From positions 1,632,001 through 1,696,000 of the forward strand of contig CBDDDZ010000005.1 in assembly GCA_965226795.1 (NCBI GenBank): a stretch of DNA of 64,000 nt, in the 5' to 3' direction. This DNA is from Candidatus Latescibacterota bacterium (GTDB lineage: Bacteria; Latescibacterota; UBA2968; GCA-2709665). A model generated the notes under the pieces. The model was not told the origin of the DNA, did not search any database, and saw only the letters and a program-made list of their open reading frames with translations. The position numbers and the translations under genes are program-made. This document shows positions 39,639-49,901 of this stretch, piece by piece (the stretch's first letter is position 1; each line of letters opens with the position of its first letter).

Positions 39639-40883
39639 ATGAGACGGTTTCTTATCTGCGTGATCGTGTGTGCGGTTGTCTGGGGAGCCCAACGGCATTT
39701 CCCGGATTCGATCCAGCCCGTGGTATACGTCGGCCTCATGCTGACGGTACCGTTGACCATAGCAAGCACGTTGGCAGGGTCAGGCATTCCTGTCCACGTG
39801 ATACCTCTGTTACTTGGATTTCTGGCCAGCTGTTTCGGATTACAGGTGACGGACGCATTTACTGCGACAGCGCCATTTGCCGAACTTGCACAGGTCTGGG
39901 TCGGCTTGTACCTGGGAGCGAGTTTTTCCTATCACCGGTTTTTCAGCAAAAATCTTGGCGGCGCCGCATTGCTTTCCGTAGGCGCAACATTGGCCCTGGC
40001 ATCGTCGGCGTCTATGTTATTTCTGGATTTTTCGGCCGTGCACGCGATCCGTCTGGGTCTGCTTGCCGCGATGTCCGGCCCCATGATCACGCTCCTTTCT
40101 CAACCGGACAGACGAGAGGCCCTGTCCTTTTCGCTCCTGGTAACGATGTTGGCGCTTTCATTATGGTTCCTCGCGGACCTCATCCTGCGCACACCCGGGC
40201 TGTATCGGGCTATCCCATCCGTGATAGTGTGGGCGGTGGGCGTCGAACTCATAATCAGGATAACGCACACGGTTAGAACCAGATATGGCGGACAGGTTCT
40301 GTTCGGCGCGATTGTGGCGACGCTTTTCGTTTGTGCAAAAATGATGGATATATCCCCCCTCTTTCTGGCGCTCGTGACCGGTGTGGGCGTCTCCGCCCGG
40401 TCAGGGAGGTCCGGTTATTCCCTGCGGGCGATGGAGCCCCTGTCAGTTCCTCTCTCACATTTCGTACTAATGTATTTTGTGGCTGGCCTCGACCTCACCG
40501 GCCTCTTGAAACTCTCCGCGCATCATTGGAAGATTCTGGTCATCTATGTGGCCGCGATGCTTTTTGGCAAAACCGTCGGCGGTTTGTCAGCCAGGCGTTT
40601 TGCGTTTCTATACGTTCGAGACTGGTCACAGGTACTCCCTCAAGGGTTTGTCGTATTCGTACTTCTGTCAGAAGTGTTCTCGGCTGGGACGGAGCCGGAC
40701 CTGCGGGACGGGCTGAGCGCCAGCGTGGTTCTGTTGTGCGGCATTGCCATCCCGTTGCTGATGTCACCTATTCTCGTCCTGTACGAGCGCATGGATCGCC
40801 GGCGCGTTCAGGACTCCACAAAACCGGCCGCAACGGTGGAACAAAAAAAACCACCCACAGGTGGGATGGCCAATCTTCTTTAG
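39639..40883 (+). CDS. Polytopic membrane protein, divergent CPA-like
   Basis: About 12 TM segments; ISPLFLALVTG, YFVAGLDL, GKTVGG, LPQG. Confidence 0.6.
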   Translation: MRRFLICVIVCAVVWGAQRHFPDSIQPVVYVGLMLTVPLTIASTLAGSGIPVHVIPLLLGFLASCFGLQVTDAFTATAPFAELAQVWVGLYLGASFSYHRFFSKNLGGAALLSVGATLALASSASMLFLDFSAVHAIRLGLLAAMSGPMITLLSQPDRREALSFSLLVTMLALSLWFLADLILRTPGLYRAIPSVIVWAVGVELIIRITHTVRTRYGGQVLFGAIVATLFVCAKMMDISPLFLALVTGVGVSARSGRSGYSLRAMEPLSVPLSHFVLMYFVAGLDLTGLLKLSAHHWKILVIYVAAMLFGKTVGGLSARRFAFLYVRDWSQVLPQGFVVFVLLSEVFSAGTEPDLRDGLSASVVLLCGIAIPLLMSPILVLYERMDRRRVQDSTKPAATVEQKKPPTGGMANLL

Positions 40884-40917
40884 TACGCCAAATCCACTTA
40901 CGATTGACTATTGATTG

Positions 40918-42165
40918 CTAATATAACCATCCAGACAGCGAGAACGTCTGCATGACAAAACGCTCCGAAGCCCCGTGTCTGGTCACGTCACCTCGTCTGC
41001 CAAACTCGATTACGTAACGAAAACTGCCCGCGCCACGGGTTTCGAAGGGCAGTGAAATACCCATGCTTACGCCCGTCTCGTCAATCTGCGAGTCCCCGGC
41101 GGTTTTGAAATAAAGCGACCGATAGTATGCTCCTGCCGTCAATTCGATCCGCCGACGCGTACTGTGGGTATCCGGATCGCCCGTTCTGTAGAGGACTCCG
41201 CCTGCCAGGTCGGTCGTATTATAACGGCCAGATTCCGTTTTTTCCCAGAAAGCACGCTCGAAATCGAGTGCTGCCAGCCAGCGATATCCCGCCCGGTATG
41301 CCAGACCCAAACCGATACTGGCCGGCATTTTCACATCCAGCTTCGAACGGGTCTCCTCTTCGAACCCTATTTCCGCGAAAAAATTGCGCAAAATGCTTGT
41401 CTGGGTGATGGTCGAGGCAGCCCTGAACGCGGCCCCGAAGAACCACTTCCCACCCCCGTTATATACGGCGCCAAACGTGGGTTGCGTGCCGCTGTGCGTA
41501 CGGACGTATCGATCCTCGCTGTTAAGATATTCGGGAATCTGCCGGTTATTGGAATCCACCAGAAAAGCTTCAGCGGATCCGTCCGGCCCCCTCGTACCGA
41601 AATCTTTCGTCCACGTTTCGGTGATGGTCCCGATTGAAATGACACTCAGGTTTCCGCCCAGCAGCACGCTGCCCCACCTGTGTGCGAATCCAAAAGTAAA
41701 CGCCTGGATGCCGCCCGTTGCGTTGACACGCAACGTGTAGGGAACCGCAGAGGTGCTGTCTGTTCTGACAAGATCGAAATCCAGGTCGGTTAACGGCTCC
41801 AGGCCCACGCCAACGACCGTAACGTTCCGAATGGGCAATACGACCTGGAATGCGCCGATATCACCTTCTGAGACCACGTGCCGGCTCCGCCCGTCATTGA
41901 GGGATCGGCGTTGTACAAAGAAGCGACTCTGTACGCCGGCGCGTGAGAATGCAGCGAGAAGCGCGGGATTTGCCGAACTGAAATTCTGGCTGTCCGCAAG
42001 CGCGCGCCCGGCGCCCCCCATGCCCCTTGCCCGCACGTCAACACGGCGTTCGGAATCTCCGACGCCATTGAAGGAGAAGATGGATTTCGCAAAGGTCGAA
42101 TCCACCCAGACGACGAGTACGAGAAAACAACACCACGAAACTGAACCTCTGCCGAAATGACTCAC
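40918..42165 (-). CDS. Outer-membrane beta-barrel protein (FadL/PorV-like)
   Basis: Signal peptide; ARGMGGAG...NPALL N-terminal plug motif; alternating beta strands; aromatic C-terminus. Confidence 0.75.
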   Translation of the reverse strand: MSHFGRGSVSWCCFLVLVVWVDSTFAKSIFSFNGVGDSERRVDVRARGMGGAGRALADSQNFSSANPALLAAFSRAGVQSRFFVQRRSLNDGRSRHVVSEGDIGAFQVVLPIRNVTVVGVGLEPLTDLDFDLVRTDSTSAVPYTLRVNATGGIQAFTFGFAHRWGSVLLGGNLSVISIGTITETWTKDFGTRGPDGSAEAFLVDSNNRQIPEYLNSEDRYVRTHSGTQPTFGAVYNGGGKWFFGAAFRAASTITQTSILRNFFAEIGFEEETRSKLDVKMPASIGLGLAYRAGYRWLAALDFERAFWEKTESGRYNTTDLAGGVLYRTGDPDTHSTRRRIELTAGAYYRSLYFKTAGDSQIDETGVSMGISLPFETRGAGSFRYVIEFGRRGDVTRHGASERFVMQTFSLSGWLY

Positions 42166-42189
42166 GTTTTTCCTCGAAAGGACGCGTTG

Positions 42190-43359
42190 CTATGGATCGG
42201 GAGGGGTTGAATAGACCAACTTCAACATCGGATTGTGGAATACGACCCAGTTGACTTCCCAGTTCTGAAGGTCGGCAATCGGGGTGCTCAGCGCGAGGCC
42301 GAGATTAGGCCTCGTCCCCGAGATCCAGCCCTGGACAAGGGTCTGGTCCAGCGCGTAAGACGCCACTTGCCCGTCGAAACCCCAGGTATTGACGAGGGAG
42401 AACGTCGTGTCTTCCGTAGCCGAGTTGATGTTGATGCGTTCGACTGAAAACGTAAACTCGCCGAACATCGATTGCGACCGATCATAGTTCAGCCACAACT
42501 CCGAAGACGTAACCGTCGTCCCCATCGGAATGGTATCGGGCAGATCGAAGCGAAATACGGGGCTTAGACGAACGGTTGTCGCCAGCACCAGCATCCCGGG
42601 TTCGGGGCCGTCCCGCGCCGCCCAGTACGTATCTTCCGATACATCCGCAACGTGTGTGTACGTGTTGCCGTCGACGGAATACGTCAGACGAAGTACAGGC
42701 TGCCTGTTAATGTTTTCAGGCAGTGAATCGTCTCGGGACACCAGACTCGCGAAAAACCGGGTACCCGCGGCAGGCTGCAGAAGCACATCAACGGTTGGGC
42801 TGTCAGGATTCTCCCGTACGGCCGAAGATAAGTACCCTGGCGGGAGATCGATCTGGATCAGGCTGTCCCCCAGCGCCGACGCGGTCGCTCCGTCGATTGC
42901 GGACGACGCGAAATTCACAGCGGTGTGCCTCAGTGTATCTACAAACTCGTCCGCCTCGTTCCATGCCTGTTCCGGACGGTGTACCTGCAGTTCTTCCAGA
43001 CCTCTGGCGGGCTCACGTTTCCAGATCCACATCTGAACGGAGCGAACGTCCAGAGTTTCCCCGGTGGCGCCCGCCGCCGCCGAAACCAAGGAATCGGGAT
43101 CCAAACGAACCCGCATCAGCGACCGAAACACGAGACCGCCCATCCGGCCGACCATCAACTGTTCGTCTTCGCCGAACCCCCGGCTAAAGGTACCCTCAAA
43201 CCGGGTGGAGCCACCCCTTGAAGGCAGAAGCGGAAGTTCCACTACCCGGCCATGTCCACGGGTAACCAGACCGGATCCGACCGGATTCTCCTCGCTATTG
43301 CCGCAGCCTGACAACAGCGCCGCAATCAGCATAGTCGTCCAGAGTCGCTGGCGACCCAT
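42190..43359 (-). CDS. Lipoprotein of unknown function
   Basis: Lipobox LSGC followed by EENPVGSGL; beta-rich; GAGG SD. Confidence 0.75.
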   Translation of the reverse strand: MGRQRLWTTMLIAALLSGCGNSEENPVGSGLVTRGHGRVVELPLLPSRGGSTRFEGTFSRGFGEDEQLMVGRMGGLVFRSLMRVRLDPDSLVSAAAGATGETLDVRSVQMWIWKREPARGLEELQVHRPEQAWNEADEFVDTLRHTAVNFASSAIDGATASALGDSLIQIDLPPGYLSSAVRENPDSPTVDVLLQPAAGTRFFASLVSRDDSLPENINRQPVLRLTYSVDGNTYTHVADVSEDTYWAARDGPEPGMLVLATTVRLSPVFRFDLPDTIPMGTTVTSSELWLNYDRSQSMFGEFTFSVERININSATEDTTFSLVNTWGFDGQVASYALDQTLVQGWISGTRPNLGLALSTPIADLQNWEVNWVVFHNPMLKLVYSTPPDP

Positions 43360-43670
43360 ATTCACACACCTCGCTCTTTTACTCTTCCTCAAAAATGCTG
43401 TTCTCTTCATCCTGTAACGCTTGAGTCGAGGAATCGTTCCTGCCCGAATGCTCCCTGAAGCCGCTGCCTCAGGGATCCTTACCCTTCCTGATGCAATCGG
43501 CCTGGAAACCGGTACCATCGGTTGGGGTTTCAAGTCTGCCACCTTATTCGCCGGAACGATAGACGCGCCTGCCGAACCTCAAATTTATCTCGAAATCCAG
43601 CCCGAATTGCCGGTAGCAACGACGCTTTTTCCTCGCGTGCATTACCGTGTGACTCCTCCACGTCCGCGGA

Positions 43671-44198
43671 TCAATGAATACGTTCGATCAAAATGTCTGC
43701 CTGCTGCTCACCCGCGGCAATCGGATTCTTCACGCACACGCCCTCCATATCGCCGGGTTGTGCGCCTACGAAACCATCCCGGTCGATTTTGGCCACCATA
43801 TACATCTCGGGGATGTCCGCGAGTACGATTCCGTCTCCGAACATCCGTGCGACGTCGGCTTGTGTGAGGGTATACTGGTACGGAAACGCCGGTACGCGGA
43901 TGCGTTTGAGGGCGTACGGCGGGCCTCCGTCGGCCCGCTCTCGCGCAATGATGAACAGATAGGCGCCGTCTGGAATACTGGCCTGCAGCTCTCGCCTGAT
44001 CCGAATGGTGCCGCGTACGGTTTTTCCGACGATTTCCTCGGATGGCCTTCGGTCAGTCGCGACGGGAGGATGCCCCGCCGGCAGGGCTGGCCGCTGCGGC
44101 TTCGGCCGCGGATGCGCGCCTTCCTTGTAGTGCTGATCGCAAGCACAGATAAGCAGAAGCCCTACCAAAGCACTCAGGAAACGTACGATAGACATCAT
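43671..44198 (-). CDS. Lipoprotein resembling the C-terminal Ig-like domain of CcmI/CycH
   Basis: Lipobox ICAC; LPAGHPPV; LFIIAR...PPYALKR...FPYQYTLTQAD...VAKIDRDG...PGDMEG. Confidence 0.65.
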   Translation of the reverse strand: MMSIVRFLSALVGLLLICACDQHYKEGAHPRPKPQRPALPAGHPPVATDRRPSEEIVGKTVRGTIRIRRELQASIPDGAYLFIIARERADGGPPYALKRIRVPAFPYQYTLTQADVARMFGDGIVLADIPEMYMVAKIDRDGFVGAQPGDMEGVCVKNPIAAGEQQADILIERIH

Positions 44199-44270
44199 GC
44201 GTCAATGTCGAACAAAAAAAGGACCGGATTCCCACAAGCCGGACCCGATTTGCCCAATGTAATTTGCGAT

Positions 44271-45050
44271 CTAATGGGCGAACTCCCCTTCGAAGATTTC
44301 CTCTTCGGTCATGGTCAGAAGCGCCGGTTCGTCATCGGTGACCGCCACGACATGCTCAAAATGCGCCGAAGGCAATCCATCTTTGGCAGACGCCGTCCAT
44401 CCGTCGGCGGCGAGTACGACCTCCGGCCTTCCCTGGTTCACCATCGGCTCAATCGCAATTACGATTCCCCGCCGCAGCCGTGGATTCTTTACCAGTGGCA
44501 CATAGTTCGGCACTGCCGGGTCTTCGTGCAGCCTGCGTCCGATACCGTGCCCCACAAATTGGCGAACAACCGAAAAGCCATGCGACTCCGCCCACTGCTG
44601 AATGGACCCGCATACGTCCTCCAACCGTCGGCCTTCCTGCGCCCCTTCGATGCCCCTGAACAGAGACTCCCGTGTAACCGTTATCAACTTCCGAACCTCG
44701 GATGTCACGTCGCCTACCGCAAATGAGATCGCCTGGTCTCCGTAATATCCCCGTAACCTGGCGCCTATATCGATGCTTACGAGATCTCCTTCACGCAGTA
44801 CACGGTCTCCAGGGATCCCATGCACGACCTGTTCGTTGATTGAGATACAGGTGGCCGCAGGATACCCGTGGTATCCCTTAAATGCCGGAGAAGCGCCGTG
44901 GTCGCGAATAATTTCCTCCGCGATCCTGTCCAGTCCGGACGTCGGGATTCCTGGTCGAACCCACTCCCGAAGGGCCCGATGTGCAAGCCCGACGATCCGA
45001 CAGGCGTCCCGGATTCTCTCCAGTTCCCGTTCCGAGCGAAGCGTGATCAA
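44271..45050 (-). CDS. map: Type I methionine aminopeptidase
   Basis: CISINEQVVHGIP, SIDIG, GHGIG, LHEDP, AIEPM, AHFEH. Confidence 0.96.
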   Translation of the reverse strand: MITLRSERELERIRDACRIVGLAHRALREWVRPGIPTSGLDRIAEEIIRDHGASPAFKGYHGYPAATCISINEQVVHGIPGDRVLREGDLVSIDIGARLRGYYGDQAISFAVGDVTSEVRKLITVTRESLFRGIEGAQEGRRLEDVCGSIQQWAESHGFSVVRQFVGHGIGRRLHEDPAVPNYVPLVKNPRLRRGIVIAIEPMVNQGRPEVVLAADGWTASAKDGLPSAHFEHVVAVTDDEPALLTMTEEEIFEGEFAH

Positions 45051-45171
45051 ACTGTCACCTGTGACCGATGTGGACGAGGGTAGTGGCTCACGGGATGTAA
45101 TTTAACAAAAGGTGGTATAAAAACAAGCACTAAAGGATTTCCATGCTGATGGACTGTATACGACGCGGCGA

Positions 45172-47604
45172 TCATGGGAGGCCGAAATGAGCCGCAAATA
45201 TGAGGAAGTCCTGAAAGTCGACAAGACCCGTACCGTCCAGATCGTATTTCGGGCTCTCCGTACCAAACGCCCCGGCGAAGGCAATGAAATCGGCGAAATT
45301 GACGGCGCCGTCGTTGTCGAAATCCCCCTTCAACGTCTTGCTAACGGTCCATTTCCGTTCAACCGACTTCTGGCCTGCGGACACGAGGACGGCGACCTCC
45401 TCATCCGCGTCGGTGGTGGAAACCGCGACGAGGAGAGACGAGCCCTTCTCATTTACGGGAACGCCGTTGACCGACCAGGCGTAACTCAACACATCCCCGT
45501 CCGGGTCCTGAGCCTTCACCGAAAACCGAATCGTTTCCCCCGGTGCGCCGAATACCAGCCCGTGATGTGGATCGACTTCCCGAATCACGGGCGGCCGGTC
45601 GACATTCGTCACACGGATGCTCACCCTGACCCGTACCAGGTTTGTACCGTCGCTGACCTGGAATTGTACATCGTAGTTGCGGCCGCCCTGATCGTATCGA
45701 GGCGTCCAGATGAAGTGGTTCTGATTCAGCTTCGCACCATCCGGCAGGTTTGCAGCAGTAAAGACAAGATCGTCGCCATCTTCGTCCTCTGCATTTATGG
45801 ATATTGCCAGTGGCTGCCCTTCTCCAATTGTGGTATCGGCAATCCCTTCGACCACCGGCGGCAGGTTCCCCGATACGGTCTCACCGAAGACCACCCAGGC
45901 GACCGAAGGCGTCGTGCCTGTCGCCGTGGCGGACACCTCCACAACTGTCGTTCCGTCTCCCACCGCCCGGATTTCGATCGAATCCGCCTCCGTTGTAAAG
46001 GACGAGAGGTCGACATGCCCTGGCACGGCGATGGCCATGTCGCCGCTGGCGCGCGCAACAGTCCACGTGACCGGACTGCCGGCAGCCCCGCCGGCACGCG
46101 CGGTCGCCCGGTCTGCGTGTACGCCAAGTCGTATGAAGGGACCCCGGCTGTCGTTCACCGACAGTCGTAGCGGTCTGGTCTTTCCATCCACCGATTCCAC
46201 TGTCGAAATCCTATAGTCGTAGTCGAAATCCTGCCCTTCCAGGGCGTCTGAGATGGTCATAAACACGATATTATCGTATTGACCCGCGTTCGGGATATCC
46301 ACACTGGAACCCGGCGTGCGCAGCAGACCAACCCCATTGGTATCGATTAGCATTGCCCAGAGCTGCCAGCTTCCCTCGCCGGCCAGGGCAAAATCGGCTC
46401 GCAGGCCGCCCTGAAGCCCCTTCGTCAACACCTGAATGTAGTCCGATGCCAGATGATCCACCATCCCCGAACCGGATTCCTGGCCGCCCGCTGTCGGTGC
46501 GACTGTTCTGACCGAAGCCGCGGGCTGATAAAATACGCCCTCGTCGTAAAACCCGTCCCGGTATCGGTTTCCCGTGAAATAGTTCCAGGTGACGTAACCG
46601 GGCAGCGTCCCCGAAAAGCCGCCGGTTGGCATTGTCGGATCCAGTTTCTCGATACCGTACAAAGTGGAATTCCGTTCGCCCAGCCCCTCCCACGTCTCCC
46701 GGATAGTGCTTCTTCCAAAGGCCTGATCCAGGAAATGGACGTACACGCACGCTCCGTACTGATGCTCGTCTTGCAAGCTGGGCTGCGAGTCCAAGGCAAC
46801 GGTGGGCGAATCCAGAACGAACCGGGTGTATTGGAAATAATCGTTCACATCGTCGTACGCCACATCTTCCATCCAGGTCGCCGTGGCTTCATGCCACCAG
46901 GTTAAACTCTGGGCATTGTAAGCAAACTGGATCGCGTGGAAAAACTCGTGCGCGACGGTCACGCGAAGCCCATCCAGCCCTCGGGTTGCGTAAATTCGAT
47001 CCGTGAAGTTGTTGTCGACCGTTATATAGGCGGCCGTCACGGGATCCTCGAGACTGTTGGGCCAGGTCTGCCCGTACACACTTCTAGCGCCCAGCTGCTG
47101 AATATAGACATCGAACAGACCGTCGCCGTCATCCAGCGGCACACGGTAACCGAGGTCGCCGGTCTGCAGCGCCCAGACGGCATCGAACGTGCCAGCTACC
47201 TCCTCCACGTAATCCGGAACCCGATTCCGGTCGGCGTCGGCCGGCGCCACAGCATGCGGTCCCCGCGAGTCGTAGTGGACGCGGAAATTTCCACCGGGAG
47301 AGATAACGCTGTCCTGCATCGCGGGTCTTTGAAACAAATGAGCGAACGTCTGTTGTGTCTTCTTGCTCAACCTGGGCCACTGGGTGGCCAGGCTCATGAT
47401 GACCGGTGTTCCACAAACCGCGCGGTCGTGGATATAGGGACTGTCCGCCGGAAGCAGATCAGATCTGAATATCGCGGCCGCCCGGTAAAAGAGCTCGGCC
47501 TCCAATTCACGCGGCAACGGAGACAGATCGGGCGGCGCCTCGGCGTATGCCTCGACCCCGCCCATGAGGATTGTGAATATGAAGAAACGAGTTGGCAAAG
47601 TCAT
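45172..47604 (-). CDS. Secreted MXAN_6640-like zinc metalloprotease with Ig/cadherin-like domains and a C-terminal dockerin/EF-hand-like pair
   Basis: Signal peptide; CGT; FRVHYD; AHEFFHAIQ...EATATWME; NLPP...DEDGDDL...WTP; GDFDNDGAVNFADF and DLDGTGLVDFQDF. Confidence 0.8.
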   Translation of the reverse strand: MTLPTRFFIFTILMGGVEAYAEAPPDLSPLPRELEAELFYRAAAIFRSDLLPADSPYIHDRAVCGTPVIMSLATQWPRLSKKTQQTFAHLFQRPAMQDSVISPGGNFRVHYDSRGPHAVAPADADRNRVPDYVEEVAGTFDAVWALQTGDLGYRVPLDDGDGLFDVYIQQLGARSVYGQTWPNSLEDPVTAAYITVDNNFTDRIYATRGLDGLRVTVAHEFFHAIQFAYNAQSLTWWHEATATWMEDVAYDDVNDYFQYTRFVLDSPTVALDSQPSLQDEHQYGACVYVHFLDQAFGRSTIRETWEGLGERNSTLYGIEKLDPTMPTGGFSGTLPGYVTWNYFTGNRYRDGFYDEGVFYQPAASVRTVAPTAGGQESGSGMVDHLASDYIQVLTKGLQGGLRADFALAGEGSWQLWAMLIDTNGVGLLRTPGSSVDIPNAGQYDNIVFMTISDALEGQDFDYDYRISTVESVDGKTRPLRLSVNDSRGPFIRLGVHADRATARAGGAAGSPVTWTVARASGDMAIAVPGHVDLSSFTTEADSIEIRAVGDGTTVVEVSATATGTTPSVAWVVFGETVSGNLPPVVEGIADTTIGEGQPLAISINAEDEDGDDLVFTAANLPDGAKLNQNHFIWTPRYDQGGRNYDVQFQVSDGTNLVRVRVSIRVTNVDRPPVIREVDPHHGLVFGAPGETIRFSVKAQDPDGDVLSYAWSVNGVPVNEKGSSLLVAVSTTDADEEVAVLVSAGQKSVERKWTVSKTLKGDFDNDGAVNFADFIAFAGAFGTESPKYDLDGTGLVDFQDFLIFAAHFGLP

Positions 47605-47674
47605 AATTAATTCGCCCTTTACCCACCGGCACACCGACACATAACGACACAGCGACGGCGGTGTAATCGGGGAA

Positions 47675-48352
47675 TCACGTACCCTGTTCCGTGACGGTCA
47701 CGTAAATGCTATCCGACACGCTGACGCCCACCACGTGTTGCGTGTTGCCTTCCGTTGCAATGGTCATCGGGCCGTCAAACGGCGCTTTCTCCTGAACGAC
47801 CAGCGTCACGCCCGGCCGTAGTCCCAGCGCGCCCAAATACCTGAGCATTTCAGGGCTCTGGTCGTTCACCTGAACAATCACCACCGTTTCTCTGGGCTTC
47901 ACCTCGGTCAGACGCACGCAATCCGTAGCTTCAATATTTCCATCTTTCGTCGGAATTGGCGCACCGTGCGGATCGGTGGTGGGATGCCCTAGTACTCTGT
48001 CGATCTTGTCCTCGAATTCTTCCGAAATCACATGCTCCAGTCTGTCTGCCTCAGCGTCGACTTCATCCCAGTCGTAGCCCAATGCGTCGGCGAGGTACAG
48101 TTCGAGAAGTCGGTGATGCCTCAAGACTTCCAGGGCAACGGCTTCTCCGGCTGGCGTGAGTTCGACACCCTGGTAGGGCGTGTGCTGAACCAGGTTCATT
48201 TCGGCAAGCTTCTTAACCATATTTGTCACGGAAGCTGCTGCGACCTCCATCTGCTCCGCAACCAGCGATGTATTCACGGTAGCCCGTGGCTCAAGCCCGT
48301 ACTGCAACTTGTAGATGGACTTAAGATATTCCTGTGCGGCCTGACTAAGCAT
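47675..48352 (-). CDS. DtxR/MntR-family metal-dependent repressor with a C-terminal FeoA/SH3 domain
   Basis: EYLKSIY, ASVTNMVKKL, HHRLLELYL, EADRLEH, DPHGAPIP. Asp at the DtxR Cys102 position, as in Mn-responsive members. Confidence 0.93.
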   Translation of the reverse strand: MLSQAAQEYLKSIYKLQYGLEPRATVNTSLVAEQMEVAAASVTNMVKKLAEMNLVQHTPYQGVELTPAGEAVALEVLRHHRLLELYLADALGYDWDEVDAEADRLEHVISEEFEDKIDRVLGHPTTDPHGAPIPTKDGNIEATDCVRLTEVKPRETVVIVQVNDQSPEMLRYLGALGLRPGVTLVVQEKAPFDGPMTIATEGNTQHVVGVSVSDSIYVTVTEQGT

Positions 48353-48464
48353 GTGTTTCCTTTGGCTGGTGATCCTACGCGGATAACTGGAATCGAGCGG
48401 CAACACGGGCAACGACATCAAAGCACCACGTTGCGCAGAAAACCAAACGAGTCCTGAACTGCCC

Positions 48465-49901
48465 TCACGCGGAAACCAACCGCCATATCTGCGCCACGAG
48501 AAAGCAAAACAGGAAACCCATTGCAACGGGAAGAAGCGACGAAACCAACGTCCATTTAGCGCTTCTGGTTTCCTTCCAGATTGTATATATCGTGGTCGAA
48601 CAAGGGTTATGCACCAGACTGAACAACATCAAATTGACCGCGGTGAGCAGATTCCATCCGCCGGAGTCGAAGATCTGGGCGACCGCCGCGTCGGAATCCA
48701 GTTCAAACATCACGCCGGCGCCTTCACCCAGCCCGGTCAATCCGGCGCTCAATACCGTCAACATCAGAATGGTGGGAATCACGATTTCGTTCGCCGGGAT
48801 TGCAATTACGTAGGCCAGCAGAATCACGCCGTTTAGTCCAACAACCAGACCAAAGGGCTGGCTCCAGTTGATAAAATGCTCCGCCAGGCTGAGCCGTCCA
48901 ATAAGGATATTGGAACTCAGCCAGATCACGGCGCCGGCGGGAATTGCGAAGATCAAGGCACGCCAGAGCACAATCAGGGTTCTGTCGATGATGGATGTAT
49001 AAACGGTCTGCAACACGCGGGGCGGCCGATACGGTGGGAGTTCCAGGCTGAACGCGGATGCTTCTCCCCGCAGAACCGAGCGGGAAAGCCCCCACGAGAC
49101 AACAAACGTGAGCATTATGCCAAGAACCGCAACGCCCACGACTGCTCCGGCCGAAACCAATCCCGCGAAATGAGCCGGCGCCAAACCGCCTATAAATATC
49201 GTGGCCACCAATATCTGGGTGGGCCACCGTCCGTTACAAAGTGAGAAGTTGTTGGTTATGATTGCAATCAGGCGTTCTCTGGGACTATCGATGACCCGGG
49301 TGGACACAATCGCCGCCGCATTGCAGCCGAATCCCATACTCATCGTCAACGCCTGTTTTCCATGTGCGCCTGCTCTTTTGAACCACTGGTCCAGATTGAA
49401 CGCGACCCTGGGCAAATAACCGAAGTCCTCCAGAAGCGTAAACAACGGAAAGAAAATCGCCATGGGCGGTAACATGACGCTCACTACCCATGCCATTGCC
49501 AGGTACATGCCATCCATCAGAAGGCCATTGAGCCACCACGGCATTCCAATTGCCGCGGCCATCGATTTCAACATCGGGTGAATGGTGTCTACCAATAGGT
49601 CCGCCAGCAACGCGGACGGTACGTTTGCGCCTTCAATGGTAAGCCAGAATATCAGTGTCAGGATGGCCAACATCATGGGGAAACCCAGCCAGCGGCTGGT
49701 TACCAGACGGTCGATCGTCCGGTCCAGATCGAACCGTGCCGCATCTCCGGTTCTGGTGACGGCGCGGTCGGCAATTTGGGCAGCGTTGGCATACATCGTC
49801 TCCATTAAGGAATCATGGAAATTGGACCCCGCTTCCCATCGCAGTTTTGCGGCCAATCGAATCAACTCCTCGGGGCGCTGATCTGCCGTTGGATCGTTCA
49901 T
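48465..49901 (-). CDS. FeoB membrane (gate) domain encoded as a separate gene
   Basis: [36 protein letters not shown]; no GTPase domain. ATGA overlap and GGAGG SD. Confidence 0.9.
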   Translation of the reverse strand: MNDPTADQRPEELIRLAAKLRWEAGSNFHDSLMETMYANAAQIADRAVTRTGDAARFDLDRTIDRLVTSRWLGFPMMLAILTLIFWLTIEGANVPSALLADLLVDTIHPMLKSMAAAIGMPWWLNGLLMDGMYLAMAWVVSVMLPPMAIFFPLFTLLEDFGYLPRVAFNLDQWFKRAGAHGKQALTMSMGFGCNAAAIVSTRVIDSPRERLIAIITNNFSLCNGRWPTQILVATIFIGGLAPAHFAGLVSAGAVVGVAVLGIMLTFVVSWGLSRSVLRGEASAFSLELPPYRPPRVLQTVYTSIIDRTLIVLWRALIFAIPAGAVIWLSSNILIGRLSLAEHFINWSQPFGLVVGLNGVILLAYVIAIPANEIVIPTILMLTVLSAGLTGLGEGAGVMFELDSDAAVAQIFDSGGWNLLTAVNLMLFSLVHNPCSTTIYTIWKETRSAKWTLVSSLLPVAMGFLFCFLVAQIWRLVSA

